From contig JBITNC010000001.1 of the NCBI GenBank assembly GCA_050084985.1, positions 2,542,001 to 2,606,000 of the forward strand: a stretch of 64,000 nt of DNA, in the 5' to 3' direction. Position 1 is the stretch's first letter. Each line of letters begins with the position of its first letter. Below, piece after piece: positions 27,213 to 39,900 of the stretch. Both the position numbers and the translations under genes were made by a program. Under the pieces are notes generated by a model. The model was given only the letters and a program-made list of their open reading frames with translations, did no database searches and was not told where the DNA came from. The DNA is from Nageia nagi. Its lineage: Eukaryota > Plantae > Pinophyta.

Positions 27213-28274
27213 CTAAATGGGTCTACAAAATAGAATACAATAGTGATAGGAATTTAGAGAGGTATAAGACAAGATTTGTTGCTAAGGGGTTCACTCAAAA
27301 ATATAGAGTTGATTATGAAGAGACCTTTGCACTGGTTGCAAGGCAAGAAACAATGAGGATTATTCTATCATTGGTAGCCCAAAAACATTAAAATGTACAT
27401 CATATGGATGTTAAAAGTGCATTCTTAAATGGATATTTGGATGAATAGGTGTATGTACTATAGGCCCAAGGATTTGAAGTGCTAGGCAAAGAACATCAAG
27501 TGTATAGGCTGAAGAAGGCCTTATATGACCTTAAGAAAGATCCTAGGGCTTAGTACACTAGGATAGATGGATGCTTCCAAAAATTTGATTTTTGAGGAGT
27601 AAGAGTGAGCTAACACTCTACTTCAAGAAAGAAGGTATTGATATCTTATTTGTTTGCTTTTATGTAGATGATTTGATTTATTTGGGAAGTAATTCCATGT
27701 TGAATGATCAATTTAAGATTGATATGATGAGAGACTTTGAGATAAGGATTTAGGCTTGATGAAATACTTTATTGGCATGGAGGTCCACCAAAGCCAAGAC
27801 CATAATTTTATTTTTCCAAGAAAGTATGCAAAGAACATGCTCAATAAGTATGGCATGGACTATTGTAACCTTATTTCTACTCCTGTAGCTCATGGTGAAT
27901 TATTCTGCAAGGTTGATGGGATTGATAAAGAAAAAGTTATAGAGTATAGGAGTATGGTTGGGAGTCTAATATTTCTTACAAATATTATGATTGATATTCC
28001 ATATGTTGTCTCATTGGTGTATAGATATATGAGTGATCATTCTATGTTGCATTTTAAGGTTGATAAGTGAATTCTAAGATATGTTAGAGGTACCATTGAC
28101 TTTGGCATCCATTATTCACATGTGGAGAATATAGAATTATTTGGGTTAATTAATTCTTATTAGGGAAAAAATTGGATGATAAAAGTTGACTTAATGGAAT
28201 CGTTTCTCACTTGGTACAAGAATGATCACTTGGAGCTCAAAGAAGCAAGGATTAGAAGCACTTTCTTCTTATGA

Positions 28275-28322
28275 AGCTGAGTATGTTTCCCTTACTATAG
28301 CTGAGTATGTTTCCCTTACTAT
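28275..28322. repeat. Perfect 24-bp tandem duplication
   Basis: AGCTGAGTATGTTTCCCTTACTAT x2. Confidence 0.95.
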
Positions 28323-28362
28323 AGCACAAGTGAAAGAATTATGGTTCAGGAAGATTTTGGAG

Positions 28363-31300
28363 GCTCAAAAATGAAATACATACATCATTATATAGTTTTG
28401 GACTAACCTTAGAATAGACTCAAATGGTTGAGAAGGATAATGTCAACACTTATTACAATCCAATCCATAAATTAATACTCCTACTAAAATAGCTTTGAAA
28501 TCCTATCTTGAAACACACCATAGTAGACTATGTAACTATGAATCATAAATAATTATCAGATCAAGTTAAACTAAGACAATTGGTCAAAGTTGACCAAAAA
28601 ATGCTAAAATTGGAAAATGTTGATGAAATTTAGTTCCTCTAACAAAACACAATCATGTTCTAAAAATGTGATCATGTTTGGCTAGAAACGTGGTGGTAGC
28701 TATGTTTGGGCATGATGAAATGCAGTTAGGTTTGTATTTCTAGGAAAAGAGTAGGAAAACTCAGTCTTGAGGCTAGATTTTGATCTTTGGTGAAGCCAAG
28801 TTTCCAACATTCTCCCCCTTAATGTTGAGGGAACTTACCAACAAATTCCTTAGCTTCAAAAAATGATATTTAAGAACTCATTTGGTAAAGATATCAACTA
28901 TGATGTTCATGGTGTTGCAATGTATCAGTTTAATGATATTTTTCTCACCATATCCCTAATGAAGTGATACTTCATGTAAAACTGTTAGATCTACTTTGGT
29001 GGAATGGGTTTTGTGCCAATTGAATGGAACTTACATTGTCAAAATACAAAAATAGTTGGATCATATTATTTCTCATTAATTTCTTCAAGAACTTTCCTCA
29101 ACCATAATGATTGGGCACTAGCACTTGTGATTGCAATATATTATGCCTCTATGTAAGAAAGTGCAACAATATTTTTTTTCCTTGAGCTCCATGTAATGAG
29201 TCCTAAATCAAGGCTGAAATAATGGCCTAATATGGACTTCTAACATCTAAATAAAATCCCTAATCAAAGTCACTAAATCCACAATTGTTATCTGATCATG
29301 CTTGTAGTAGTGGATGCCAAAATCTATTGTGCCTTTAACATACTTCATAATTCTCTTTGTTGCTTTCAAGTATTCTTCAGAAGGATCACTCATGTACCTT
29401 GATACTTGAGTGAGACAACATGGGCAATATCATGCCTAGTATTGGTGAGAAACATCAAGCTTCCAACCAAGCTTATACTATATGTGATCCCATCAACTTT
29501 TGGTGTTCATCCTTGTATAATAGCTAACCATGAGCTACTAGTGTTGGTAGTGATTTGCAATCATCTATACCAAACTTTTTCAACATGTCATTAGCATATT
29601 TGGATTCGCAAATAAATATCTCATCATCACTTTGATACACTTCCATTCCAAGAAAATAGTGGATCAATCCTAGATCTTTCATTTCAAATTCTTGCATCAT
29701 ATAGGTCTTGAAATCATCATTCATCTTTGTACAACTACCCATGTAAATCAAATCATCCACATACAAACAAACAAGTAGGATGCATTTACCTTTATTCATG
29801 ATGTAGAAAGTGGGCTCACTCTTTCTCCTTATGAAACCATATTGATGGAAATACCCATCAATCCTTGCATAACAAGCTCTTGGAGCTTGCTTGAAGCCAT
29901 ACAAGGCCTTCTTCAACTTGTGCATAAGATGTTCCTTACCTTTTATATCAAAACCTTGGGGTTATTCAACAAAGAGCTTTTCATCCAAATAGACATTTGG
30001 AAATGCACTTTTTACATTTGTGTGATATATTTCCCAAACTTTGTGAGAAACCAAGGAAAGAAACAATTAAATGGTTTCTTGTCGTTCTGCTGGAGTGAAG
30101 GTTTCCTCATAATCAATACCTTACCTTTGGGTGAAACCTTTTGAAATAAGTATTTCTTTGTGCCTATCAACACTCCCATCATCATTTTACTTGGTCTTGT
30201 AGACCCATTTGCACCCAACACATTTTTACCTTTCAAAAGTTCCACTAGCTCCCAAGTATAATTTTTCTTGATGGAAGAGATTTCTTCATTCATGGATTTC
30301 ACCCACAGATCATTAGTGCATGCTTGATCATAACTAGAAGGCTTAATTTCTACACTAGTCATCAAAGCATAGTTTACAACATCACCTTTGGGCTCATTGT
30401 CATCTTCATCTCCAAACACCACCAAGTTCTCAAACCTTTTTACAACTGATCAAGTTCACTTGCTTAGCTCCTTGTAAATATTCTTTGGAAATTTGTATCC
30501 AACATTTGATAGGTTGGATGGTGTTGGAGTGTTCTTCCTTTTCTTGTAACACTCAAAGAATCTTCATCCATTGGGCTTAGCATGGAATGACTTGGAGAGA
30601 AACTTGTAGAAGAACTCTTTGTTGGGCTTTGCATGGAAGGACTTTGCTTGTTGTTCTGATCAATGGGCTGCACATTAGAGGAGTTCTCACCATTGGATCC
30701 ATCATCAACATAAAGTTTTTGATGATCCCAAGGTCCCCCTTCATCAAAAAGTACATCTTTAGACAACACTACCTTATGTGCTTTTTTATTATAGAGCCTA
30801 TATGCTTTTGTTTGCTCACAATATCCAAGAAAAATACAAGATTCACTTTTAGGATCTGATTTCTTCCTATTTTCATTAGGTATATGAGCATAAGCAAGAC
30901 ATTCAAAAACTCTAAAATGTTTTAAATTTGGCTTTTTACCATATCATGCCTCATAAGGTGTGATGCCTTCCAAGCTTGATGTTGGACTTCTATTTAAGCT
31001 AGATTGTTGTTCTTATTGCATCAACCTAGTACATATTGCTTAATTGCTTGCTTTGAAGCATGTTCCTTGCCATCTCCACAATAGTTACGTTCTTTCTCTC
31101 TACCACGCCATTTTGTTATGGAGCATAGCCTACGAGTTACCTTTTTATTCCACTATCTTTGTAAAATTTGAGGAATTCATTGGAGCAAAATTCTTGTCCT
31201 ATATCAAAACTTATACATTTCACATAACATTCACTTTTCTTTTCAACATGATTTTTCAAGTCCTTAAAAAATCAAAGACCTCATATTTGGATTTTAAGAA

Positions 31301-33518
31301 ATAAATTTAACACATCCTTGAGAAGTCATCTATGAAAGTGAGAAAGTAGGTATTCTTACCCAAACTCTTTATTTGCATTGGCCCACATATGTCAGAATGC
31401 ACCAATTGGAGGGGATAGGAAGCTCTCCATGCTTGGCCTTTTGAAAATTTCATTCTTAAGTGCTTTCCCAAATCACAACCTTCACACACACTCTTGTTAT
31501 CTTCAATATTGGGTAGGCCATGAACCATTTGTTGAGATGTCAACAATCTCAAATTTGAGAAGGTCAAATGGCCATATCTCAAATGCCAAAGCTAGATCTT
31601 GTTTTCAATTGCAACATTTGCTAGTTAGGCACCTTCTCCTCCAAATTCAAAGGAAATAATATATTATTGCTCATTAGGACTAGTTGACTAGCCCATGACC
31701 ATTATTTTTATCATAGATTACACATTTTCCATCTTCAAAAACAAGTTTGTAATTCCTTTCCATTATCTAGCCCACAATTAGCAAATTGTGCTTGAGATTT
31801 GGAGTATAGTAGATATTATTTACCTTCTTGGTGCCTTCATTTGTGTTGAATTCTATGGCTCTCATGCCTTTAACTGTCCATGCATTGTCATCTCCAAGCT
31901 TTATCTTGGACTTGAAAGAGTTGTGCATTGTGGAAAACAACTCCCCTTGCCAATCATGTGGTTGGAGGAAGCAATATCAAGAATCTAAGTTTTATTTAGA
32001 TTTCGATCAACCTTTCCATTGGACAAAAACAAGTTGGAGGATCCATAATCATCATAATTGGTTGAACTTCTCCTTTCTTGAACAACCTTCAATCTACACT
32101 CCTCATAGTGCCTAAACTTGTTACAATAGTACATGATTTATTTTGTTTATCGGCAACTCCACTTTTACCTCTTCCTCTTCCTTGAGTAGCTCTTGTCCTT
32201 CCTCTTCCTCTTTCTTTTGAAGATGGTTAGCCTCTCCTTGGCCTCTTCCTTATTCATTGGTGGTAGCATCAACCTCCTTTGATGCAAAGGCTTTGTCTTC
32301 AACAGCTCTAACATTTGATGTTGTGGAGTCTTTGAGTCTTTCTTCATGGGATATCAAGGAACCAATGAGTTTATCATAATTGAGAATTAATATATCCTTG
32401 ACTCTTCTATTATAATAGCAATATGGTTCCACTTGGGAAGAAGTGTTCTCAACACTAACATGACTTCACCCTTCACTTTTTCTCCAAGAGTTTTGATCTT
32501 GTCAACACAAGCCTTGACTCTCACACAATAGTCTCCCACATTCTCTTTCTCTTGCATCTTGAGATTTTCAAAATCTCTCTTTAAGGTTTGAAGCCTCACT
32601 TGTTTCACTTGAGTGCTCCCTTGATAGCTATCCTTTAAAGATTTCCATGCATCTTGAGTTGATGTGCATGAAGAAATTCTTGGGAAGATACTTTTCTCAA
32701 AGCTAGCTTGAAGATAGTGGAGAGTAAAACTATTTTTTTTTCTGAACCTCTTTGTTTGCATTCTTATCATTTGGCTTGAGAGTGTTCCAGTCATTTGGCT
32801 CACTATAACCTTCCTCTACTATATCCCATAATCTTTTCCCTATGAGTAGTGTCTTCATTTTTATAGACCAATACTCATAATCCTCTCCATGGAATTCTGG
32901 AATGGCCAAAGTGTTGTTGTTTGTAGCCATTTTTCAATGCTCAACTCAACAAGCTTTAGATCACTCATAAGAATTTTGTAAATTCCTACAATGCATCCAT
33001 AAGCTCACTCAAACTCAATAGATCACACAAGGCTTTGATACCAGAATGAGAAGTATAACTTATTTTTATTGCTCAAAAATGAAATACATACATCATTATA
33101 TAATTTTGGACTGACCTTAGAATAGACTCAAATGGTTGAAAAGGATAATCTCAACAATTATTACAATTCAATCCATAAATTAATACTCTTATTAAAATAG
33201 CTTTGAAATCATATCCTAAGACACACCAAACATAGTAGACTTTATAACTATGAATCACAAACAACTATCAGATCAAGCTAAACTAAGATAGTTGGTCAAA
33301 GTCGACCAAAAAATGCTAAAATTGAAAAATGTTGACAACACGTAGTTCCTCTAGCAAATCACATTTGTGTTCTGAAAATGTAATCACTTGTCTATAAATG
33401 TGATGGTAGTTGCGTTTGGACCTAATGGACACGATTGGGCTTGTGTTTCTAGGGAGAGTGCAAGAAAACTCAATCTTGAGGCCGAATTTTGATCTTTGGT
33501 GAAGCCAAGTTTCTAAAA
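28363..33518 (-). mobile_element. Ty1/copia family A copy 3, inserted antisense into the RNase H of A2
   Basis: 3' LTR 28363-28809 (outer about 24 bp lost); PPT 28810-28822; 5' LTR 33047-33518; PBS 33032-33043; gag ATG 32930 (MATNNNTLAIPEF); decayed IN/RT/RH. Confidence 0.93.
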
Positions 33519-33633
33519 AATTAGTGAGAAACAACATGGACCAGCTGTTCTATTTTGTGATAGCCAAAGTGTCATTCACTTGGCACACAATCCAATCCAC
33601 CATAGCAAGTCATAAAACTTTGAATTGAAGTAT

Positions 33634-33745
33634 CACTTAATTCATGACATGGTGGAGGAGAAACAAATTGAGCTTCAATATTGTAACACCACTTAATTCG
33701 TGACATGGTGGAGGAGAAACAAATTGAGCTTCAATATTGTAACAC
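33634..33745. repeat. 56-bp tandem duplication (1 mismatch)
   Basis: CACTTAATTC(A/G)TGACATGGTGGAGGAG..TGTAACAC x2. Confidence 0.95.
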
Positions 33746-36331
33746 CAAGGAGCAATTGGTGAATGTATTTACAAAGGATGTTGTAAAGACCTAGTTTTTG
33801 ATCCTAAAAGATTCATTGGTGAGCCCTCTCAGCATCAAAGGGAAGAATGTTGAGAATTAAGCACATACAATTTGAAGATCTAACCCCAACATGTCATCTT
33901 TTTTGTTCTTTTGACAAAACGCATTACCCATGCACGTTTTAACTTCAAATACTACCACATTCCGAATTTGCCTAAGCATTTTTGAAACATTATGAGATTT
34001 CTAGGTAAACTTCCTAAACACCCTTGCATTTCATCAGAAGATTCATTTGTGAAGTTTCTTGGCACATACAATCATCAGTACTACAATTAAGATGAAATCA
34101 ACAAATTAGAAATTTGCTTACAAAATACTCAAAAAGGTATTTGGATCTTCATAACTTTGTTACCACTCTTAGTTAGAATAACTTCCAAGGCAAAAAAGCA
34201 TTGTATTAGATTCAAGACAAGATTAAATACATTAAAAAATGACTACATATTAATTTCCATGGATGACCTTTGGATTACTCATGAACTCTTCATATACCCT
34301 TCCTTATGACTCTTAATATTCCACTAAACTTCTATAACCAAATTTACTAAATATAATAAGTACTACTAGTATATTACAAATACCTTAATCCCTAAAGATT
34401 AAATGTCTAACACCTACAATATTTTACTAGAAGATTTTTCATCCAACCCCACACATTTTTTTAGGGCATTAAGATAAATATTTTTGTTACAAAAGAAACT
34501 GAAAAAAGAGTTTGAAAAGATCGTATCCAAAAGCGAACTTAATCAACAATATGAAGTCAAGCTTTCAATATGAAATAATTTAAATGACAATCATATTGCA
34601 CATTCCGGCTATTATAATATTGAGAATGATTAATTGTTTTTCAATGTTTTAATTGGGTGAACTGCAATGTCTTCAACTGAAGACTGACTTATATGATATA
34701 TGTTGACTGTATCAATATACAGGTAAAGACATGCATTATAAGGGGTCCATGACATGATACTTGTGATGTAGAGGTGTCTTAATTCGTTTTTCTGAAACCC
34801 CAACAGTATGCAGGCTCAGGAAACCAGAAGAATTTCATGTCTGCTCAAATTCTATAGCTAAGTTGGAGGTTTTTGGTTATCAAACTGCAGTTTTCTCTTA
34901 AGAGTCGCATTTTCTTTGAAGACATGAACAAAAATTTCAGCTCGTGTTGGTCAATGTGTGGCTCCTCAATCTCAACATGACTCCAGTATATGAAATGACA
35001 ACCTTAATATATCACCATTTGGAGATTTCTATCGAGCTCTACTGTCAACCATTGAGCATGGTTCTGTAAGCTAATGTAATGGGATTCTTCTTGAGCTTTG
35101 TATTGAACTCACACAACATCAAAAATCATCTCAAATAAAATACATTGGATTGTTCTTGGTTGACACACACCAGATGAATACAAATAAGCAACTTTTAGGA
35201 ACCGCAGTTTACACCGCCTTTTACATTAGATTCAGTAAGAGCATCAGAACTGGATTAGTAGTCGTATTAAAAGTGCATGGAAAAATGTTCAATTATGCTT
35301 TGTTCTTCTTCTGAAGCACATTTATCTAATGACACTGTCGTGACAAGAACAAAAATTATTCATTCATAAACTTACAGACGCTTTTGTCCAAGTTAAGTTA
35401 AATCTTCCATGCATACATATGAGCATTCTAAATCACCCGAAAACTGATCAATGGTTTACGCAGATACCGGAAATGGAATTTTAATTTTTCTGTGGTATAT
35501 CTTCCACTTCCATCGGTAATTTTTTTCTTAAGCTGGACCTCAAGATACTGGAGATAATATTAACCATCAATCGTTTATGTTTCTAAACTAAATCACCTCA
35601 CAAATCCAGTGTGGACAAGTTTTGGAAGAGAAATTTGCATGTTTTCTGCATATGCTTTACTTGTACATTTACAGAAACATACCATCCTTGTATTTGAGCA
35701 AGGATGATGCCTTTTATAATGATCTGATCTCTAGTGCAGGTTGATTGTCCTGCTACTGCTCTTTCTCAATGTACAGTTTTGAATTCTGCTTTAAGAATTA
35801 ATTAATTGCTAAACAAAAGTTTCCACAGCTCATACAAAACTCTTGCCTCATCAAGCCTTGATTTCTGCTCAATTACGAGATTTGCAAGTTTTGACATTAA
35901 GGCTCCAGAAATCTTCTCATTCGCATGCCTTCTGAAATAGAACTGCAATTAGGGCAGCACAGGCCTCATTTGCAATCGGAGAAAAGGCTTGAAACAATTT
36001 AAGATCGGATACGCTCTCCAGTCTTGTGTAATAGTAAACACTGTAATAAGAGTTTCACATTGTGGTGATAAGAGATCAAAATGTCCATATGCAATAGCAT
36101 TCACACATTTCACCTTGAACATTAATCAGATATGGTCATTTGGTGTATACCTGGAGATACAGAATATTTGATAACATTAAAGTCTGCTCCCCTTGCTACC
36201 TGCCAACTTATTATACAATCTAAAAAACAATAGCGAGAATGATGGGCAATTTGTTCAAGGCAGAGTAAGGTTTTCAACTCACCTACTTCAAGGGAACTGA
36301 TAAGGAAGCAGATAAAGGGAATCTTGGTTCC

Positions 36332-36907
36332 CTATGTCTCTTTCACTTCTTGTTCTAAGCATATTCTTTTTTCTTCCCTTACATCATCTTGACAATTTGG
36401 TGTAGGTCGTGTATGCAACCTACTCTTCTTCACCTCCATTGAACACCGTTGGTATGGTACAAAACCTCGTCCAGATCTGAAATTTCCAAAACTTGATATA
36501 GCAGGTGATTTAGTTGGTTTAAAATCTGTTGATGCATTTTCATTTGGTGATGAGCTTGTTCCACAATATCCATACTCTTCTAATGATCGGTCATTGATTG
36601 TTGCTTCAAACTCTTGGATCTTCTTTTCTTGAGCAGGTAAAGCAGCAGTGTATGAAGGGGTTGCTTGAACATACCATTCTTCCCTTTGAATATTAGCATC
36701 ATCTACTACGTTGTTGTTTAATAACACATTTTGAATGTCAATCTGCATTTCATTTGAAGACATTGTGATTAATTTTTTCTTTGCATTGTCATATAATGAT
36801 GCCTCATTAGATTTTGGAGTTTTCTCTTGCCCATCAATACTCTGGGGAGGGGAAAAGCTCTGAGGTAAAACATCTCGAGCAAACAAAGCTTGGAATGCAA
36901 TACGGCC
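36332..36907 (-). CDS. LHY: Coding exon 7 ([14 protein letters not shown])
   Basis: TTTTCAG acceptor; conserved C-terminal LHY motifs; TAG stop. Confidence 0.95.
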   Translation of the reverse strand, partial: GRIAFQALFARDVLPQSFSPPQSIDGQEKTPKSNEASLYDNAKKKLITMSSNEMQIDIQNVLLNNNVVDDANIQREEWYVQATPSYTAALPAQEKKIQEFEATINDRSLEEYGYCGTSSSPNENASTDFKPTKSPAISSFGNFRSGRGFVPYQRCSMEVKKSRLHTRPTPNCQDDVREEKRICLEQEVKET

Positions 36908-39900
36908 CTGAAAACCATACAGCAAGAAATGTTTATAGAAGGTAAACAACAGAATAGCATTTACCAGATATTGGTTACGGTAAAGTTAGTTCATTATGAA
37001 AATATATGAATCATTGAAAGCATTTGCACAAGTTTAATAACGGAATCCAAAAGGTTGTTTCTAAATGATTTCCCTTAACAAAAAATTATAATACCAATAA
37101 CATTGCTTGTCTCAAAGAAAAAACCACCTCTTCCGAAACTGCTTTCCATTGGTCAGTGAGATGGCATCCTGACTTGGATCGACGACCTCCTCCATCTCCT
37201 CCATGACTGTGATGTCTATCTTTGTGAACATGGTTTCTATTATCATCTGTAATCTCCTCCTCATTTGCCAATAAATAGTTTCTCTCTGTTTCGGCCTTAT
37301 CCAGAGTTTCTGGAAAGGTGGAACCTCCAATGTTTTTTGTCAAAGGATCTTCTACCCCTGCTTCAGAGCTACGATTTCCTTTCCCATCAGATTCAAAGTC
37401 TCCATCAGTTCCTTTGATGACTTCCGTGTTAGTCTCCAAATAAGTATCTGTTTCAGGCTCAGCACTTGAAGGTGTATTTGAACCGCTTGATGACATAAAC
37501 TTCCTATTGGTTCTATTTTCTCCATCATGTAAGTTGGTAAAATGAGTATTATGTTCCTTTTCTTCAGTCTTACAATTTTGTTTTTCTATCTGCATTTCTG
37601 CATCACAGGACTCTTCCATACAGCTAGTTGGGTTTTGATCAGAGCATGATGCTGAGTCTTGCAGGAAATGCTCTGCAGATCCTGACTTGGGGCAAGGCAA
37701 GCATTCATTGCCATCATCCAATTGCTCCATAGATAACTTTCGATCATCTTTTGCATGAGGAATGGAATGCATCTCATCTAATACCTCGTTGTCTACTTTG
37801 GTCGTTGTGACTTGCTCTTGCTTTCTTGCATCCATTACCGGTTCAGTCTTGCAAACAGCTGAAGAATTTCTTGAAGCAGCAGCTGCAGCTGCCACAGCTG
37901 CAGCTTCTGCAGCCATTGCTGCTACAATAGGACTATAAATACCTGGATGCAGAAAGGGAGGAGGAATTGCACTATGTAAAGTCCACCAGGCTGATGCTGC
38001 AGCAACTGTTGCTGCTGTGACTGCTGCAGCTGCACTTGTCTCATCACATAGAATATGCCCATTTACCCCTGAGCTTGAGGGCTGTGGATCTCCCATCGTA
38101 GCTCCAGAGGTAACTGATAGCAAGCCTGGCCAGAATCCAGCAGCTGCTAGTATGGCTGCAGCATATGCTGGGTGATGCAGGGCTGCTGATGGGGTGAGAG
38201 GCCATGGTGAGAATGGACCATTTGGAACAGATCCAGGAGCAAAGAAACCTGGGACACATCGTACATTCTCCAAGTTATTGAATGCTCGATTTAATGGACC
38301 ATGCATTCCAGGAAATGGAAGCAAAATATTTGGTTGTAAAGAATTGTGGACATCATTCTGCACCTGCCCGGATATATTGGGTGAAGAACCATTACCAGTT
38401 AGCATGCTCATTGCTGCAAAGTCATGAGCTAGAGAAGCCGCATTTGGTCTGTACTTCATCGAGTCATTTGAATTATCCGTAGTAGTTGTCTCAACATGCT
38501 GCACAGGAACATGTCTTGGGTAACCAAGAACAGGGGTAGAAGTAGAACCTTGATGCTTTCTAGATAGATAGTTTGAGTTATTATCCAGTTCACTAGATAA
38601 TTGTTCATCTGAATCTTGCTGTCCTGTATGGTTTTCCTGGCATGATGAATTTCCATTTGATTCACCAGTACCTTCAAGTGCGCTGGCACCAGACTCTGTG
38701 GGAGGAATATTAGAGAACACAATTCCATCCTTTTTGAGTTTCGACTGAGGCTTCAGAGTGATGGTGGGTAATGATCCTTTCTCATCTTTTAACTTTGGAT
38801 TGTCAGCACTGTGACCCTCAAATGTGGTAGTTTCCTGCTTAAGGGAGGTAAATTCTCGAAAAGCTCCTTTAGCATTGCTATCTAAAGTTGATTCATTAGT
38901 TGGAACTACAACTGTCTTGCCAAAGAGCTTGAGGCTTGATGGAGAACTATTTGAACTAGACGAATCCATTTTAATTTCCTGCATGTTGATATTTACCTTT
39001 GTTTGCAGTGGTCTTGGCTTTGCATTGTATGGAGTGAATGCTGCATTCTGCGAATCCAACAAGGGTATAGTGAGGCTTATAAATATCATTGCATTAACAA
39101 AAATGCCAAAAACTTGTCCTATAAAGAAACTTGGGAACTCAGGAGCACGGTTTGCCAAATCTACCAATGGTTATTGATGAGACTCTGGGGTATAAAAAAA
39201 TTACAAGCCACACAAAGATCTACATAAGATAAGATAGCAATGCAAGAACAACTAATTTTACAATTGTCCATAAAGTACCTTACGAGTTATACCATGTAGA
39301 TTGAGACGTACTGATAATCTGTCCGGCGCAGAAGAAATATCTCGTGGTGACCTATTTTCCTCTTCGTTTGCTGAGGAGACACTTTGAATAGTGGTGCCAG
39401 CCTTACGAGGGTATGGATGGCTTGGTTTCCTTTTAGGCCGCGGTGGAGGAATGCTAATATCCTGTGCATTGCCTCTAGCTGAAGCTTCACGTTCCAACTG
39501 CAAAACGAGTAGATAAATGTTTAGCAGATTTAAGAAAAAAATGAAATCCTTTTTACTTTCAAAATAATGCAATTATCTCTTCAGCATATTGACTATTCTA
39601 GTCTAAAATCAGTCTACAAAAAATGGGAAAAAGCAGATCTACTTCAAAAGATGGCTGATCATCCTCTGTGGACTAAAATCCCTTAATAATCAACAGCTTG
39701 AACCACAGAAAACATTTTGAGGCCATTATATTTCAATATTAATTTACTAGATAACATCACTAATTAGACCATTTGCAAGAATCTGAACCATAAAAGGAAT
39801 AGCTATAATGTGTGCTTATTTTCAGTTCCAGATTTTTGTGAATCTTGACCTCTTATCCTCAAACTATTCAGTAAATAACCTAGTTCCTTCGTATACTATT

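Larger units (their letters stand above)
23331..34065 (+). mobile_element. Ty1/copia family A copy 2 (old; hosts a solo LTR and element A3; 3' LTR truncated)
   Basis: 5' LTR 23331-23876; PBS TGGTATCAGA at 23880; gag ATG 23988; decayed IN/RT. RNase H is split at 28362/33519. PPT about 33836-33847; 3' LTR from 33848 matches the 5' LTR only to about 34065. Confidence 0.9.

Noticed and set aside
34100-36000. Additional gene or ncRNA downstream of the clock gene
   Set aside because: The sequence looks low-copy, but I found no ORF, coherent exon chain or hairpin to support a call.
37086-39167. 693-aa ORF as a stand-alone gene
   Set aside because: It starts at TTG, lacks the MYB domain and runs into intron sequence at both ends; it is exon 6 of the spliced clock gene.
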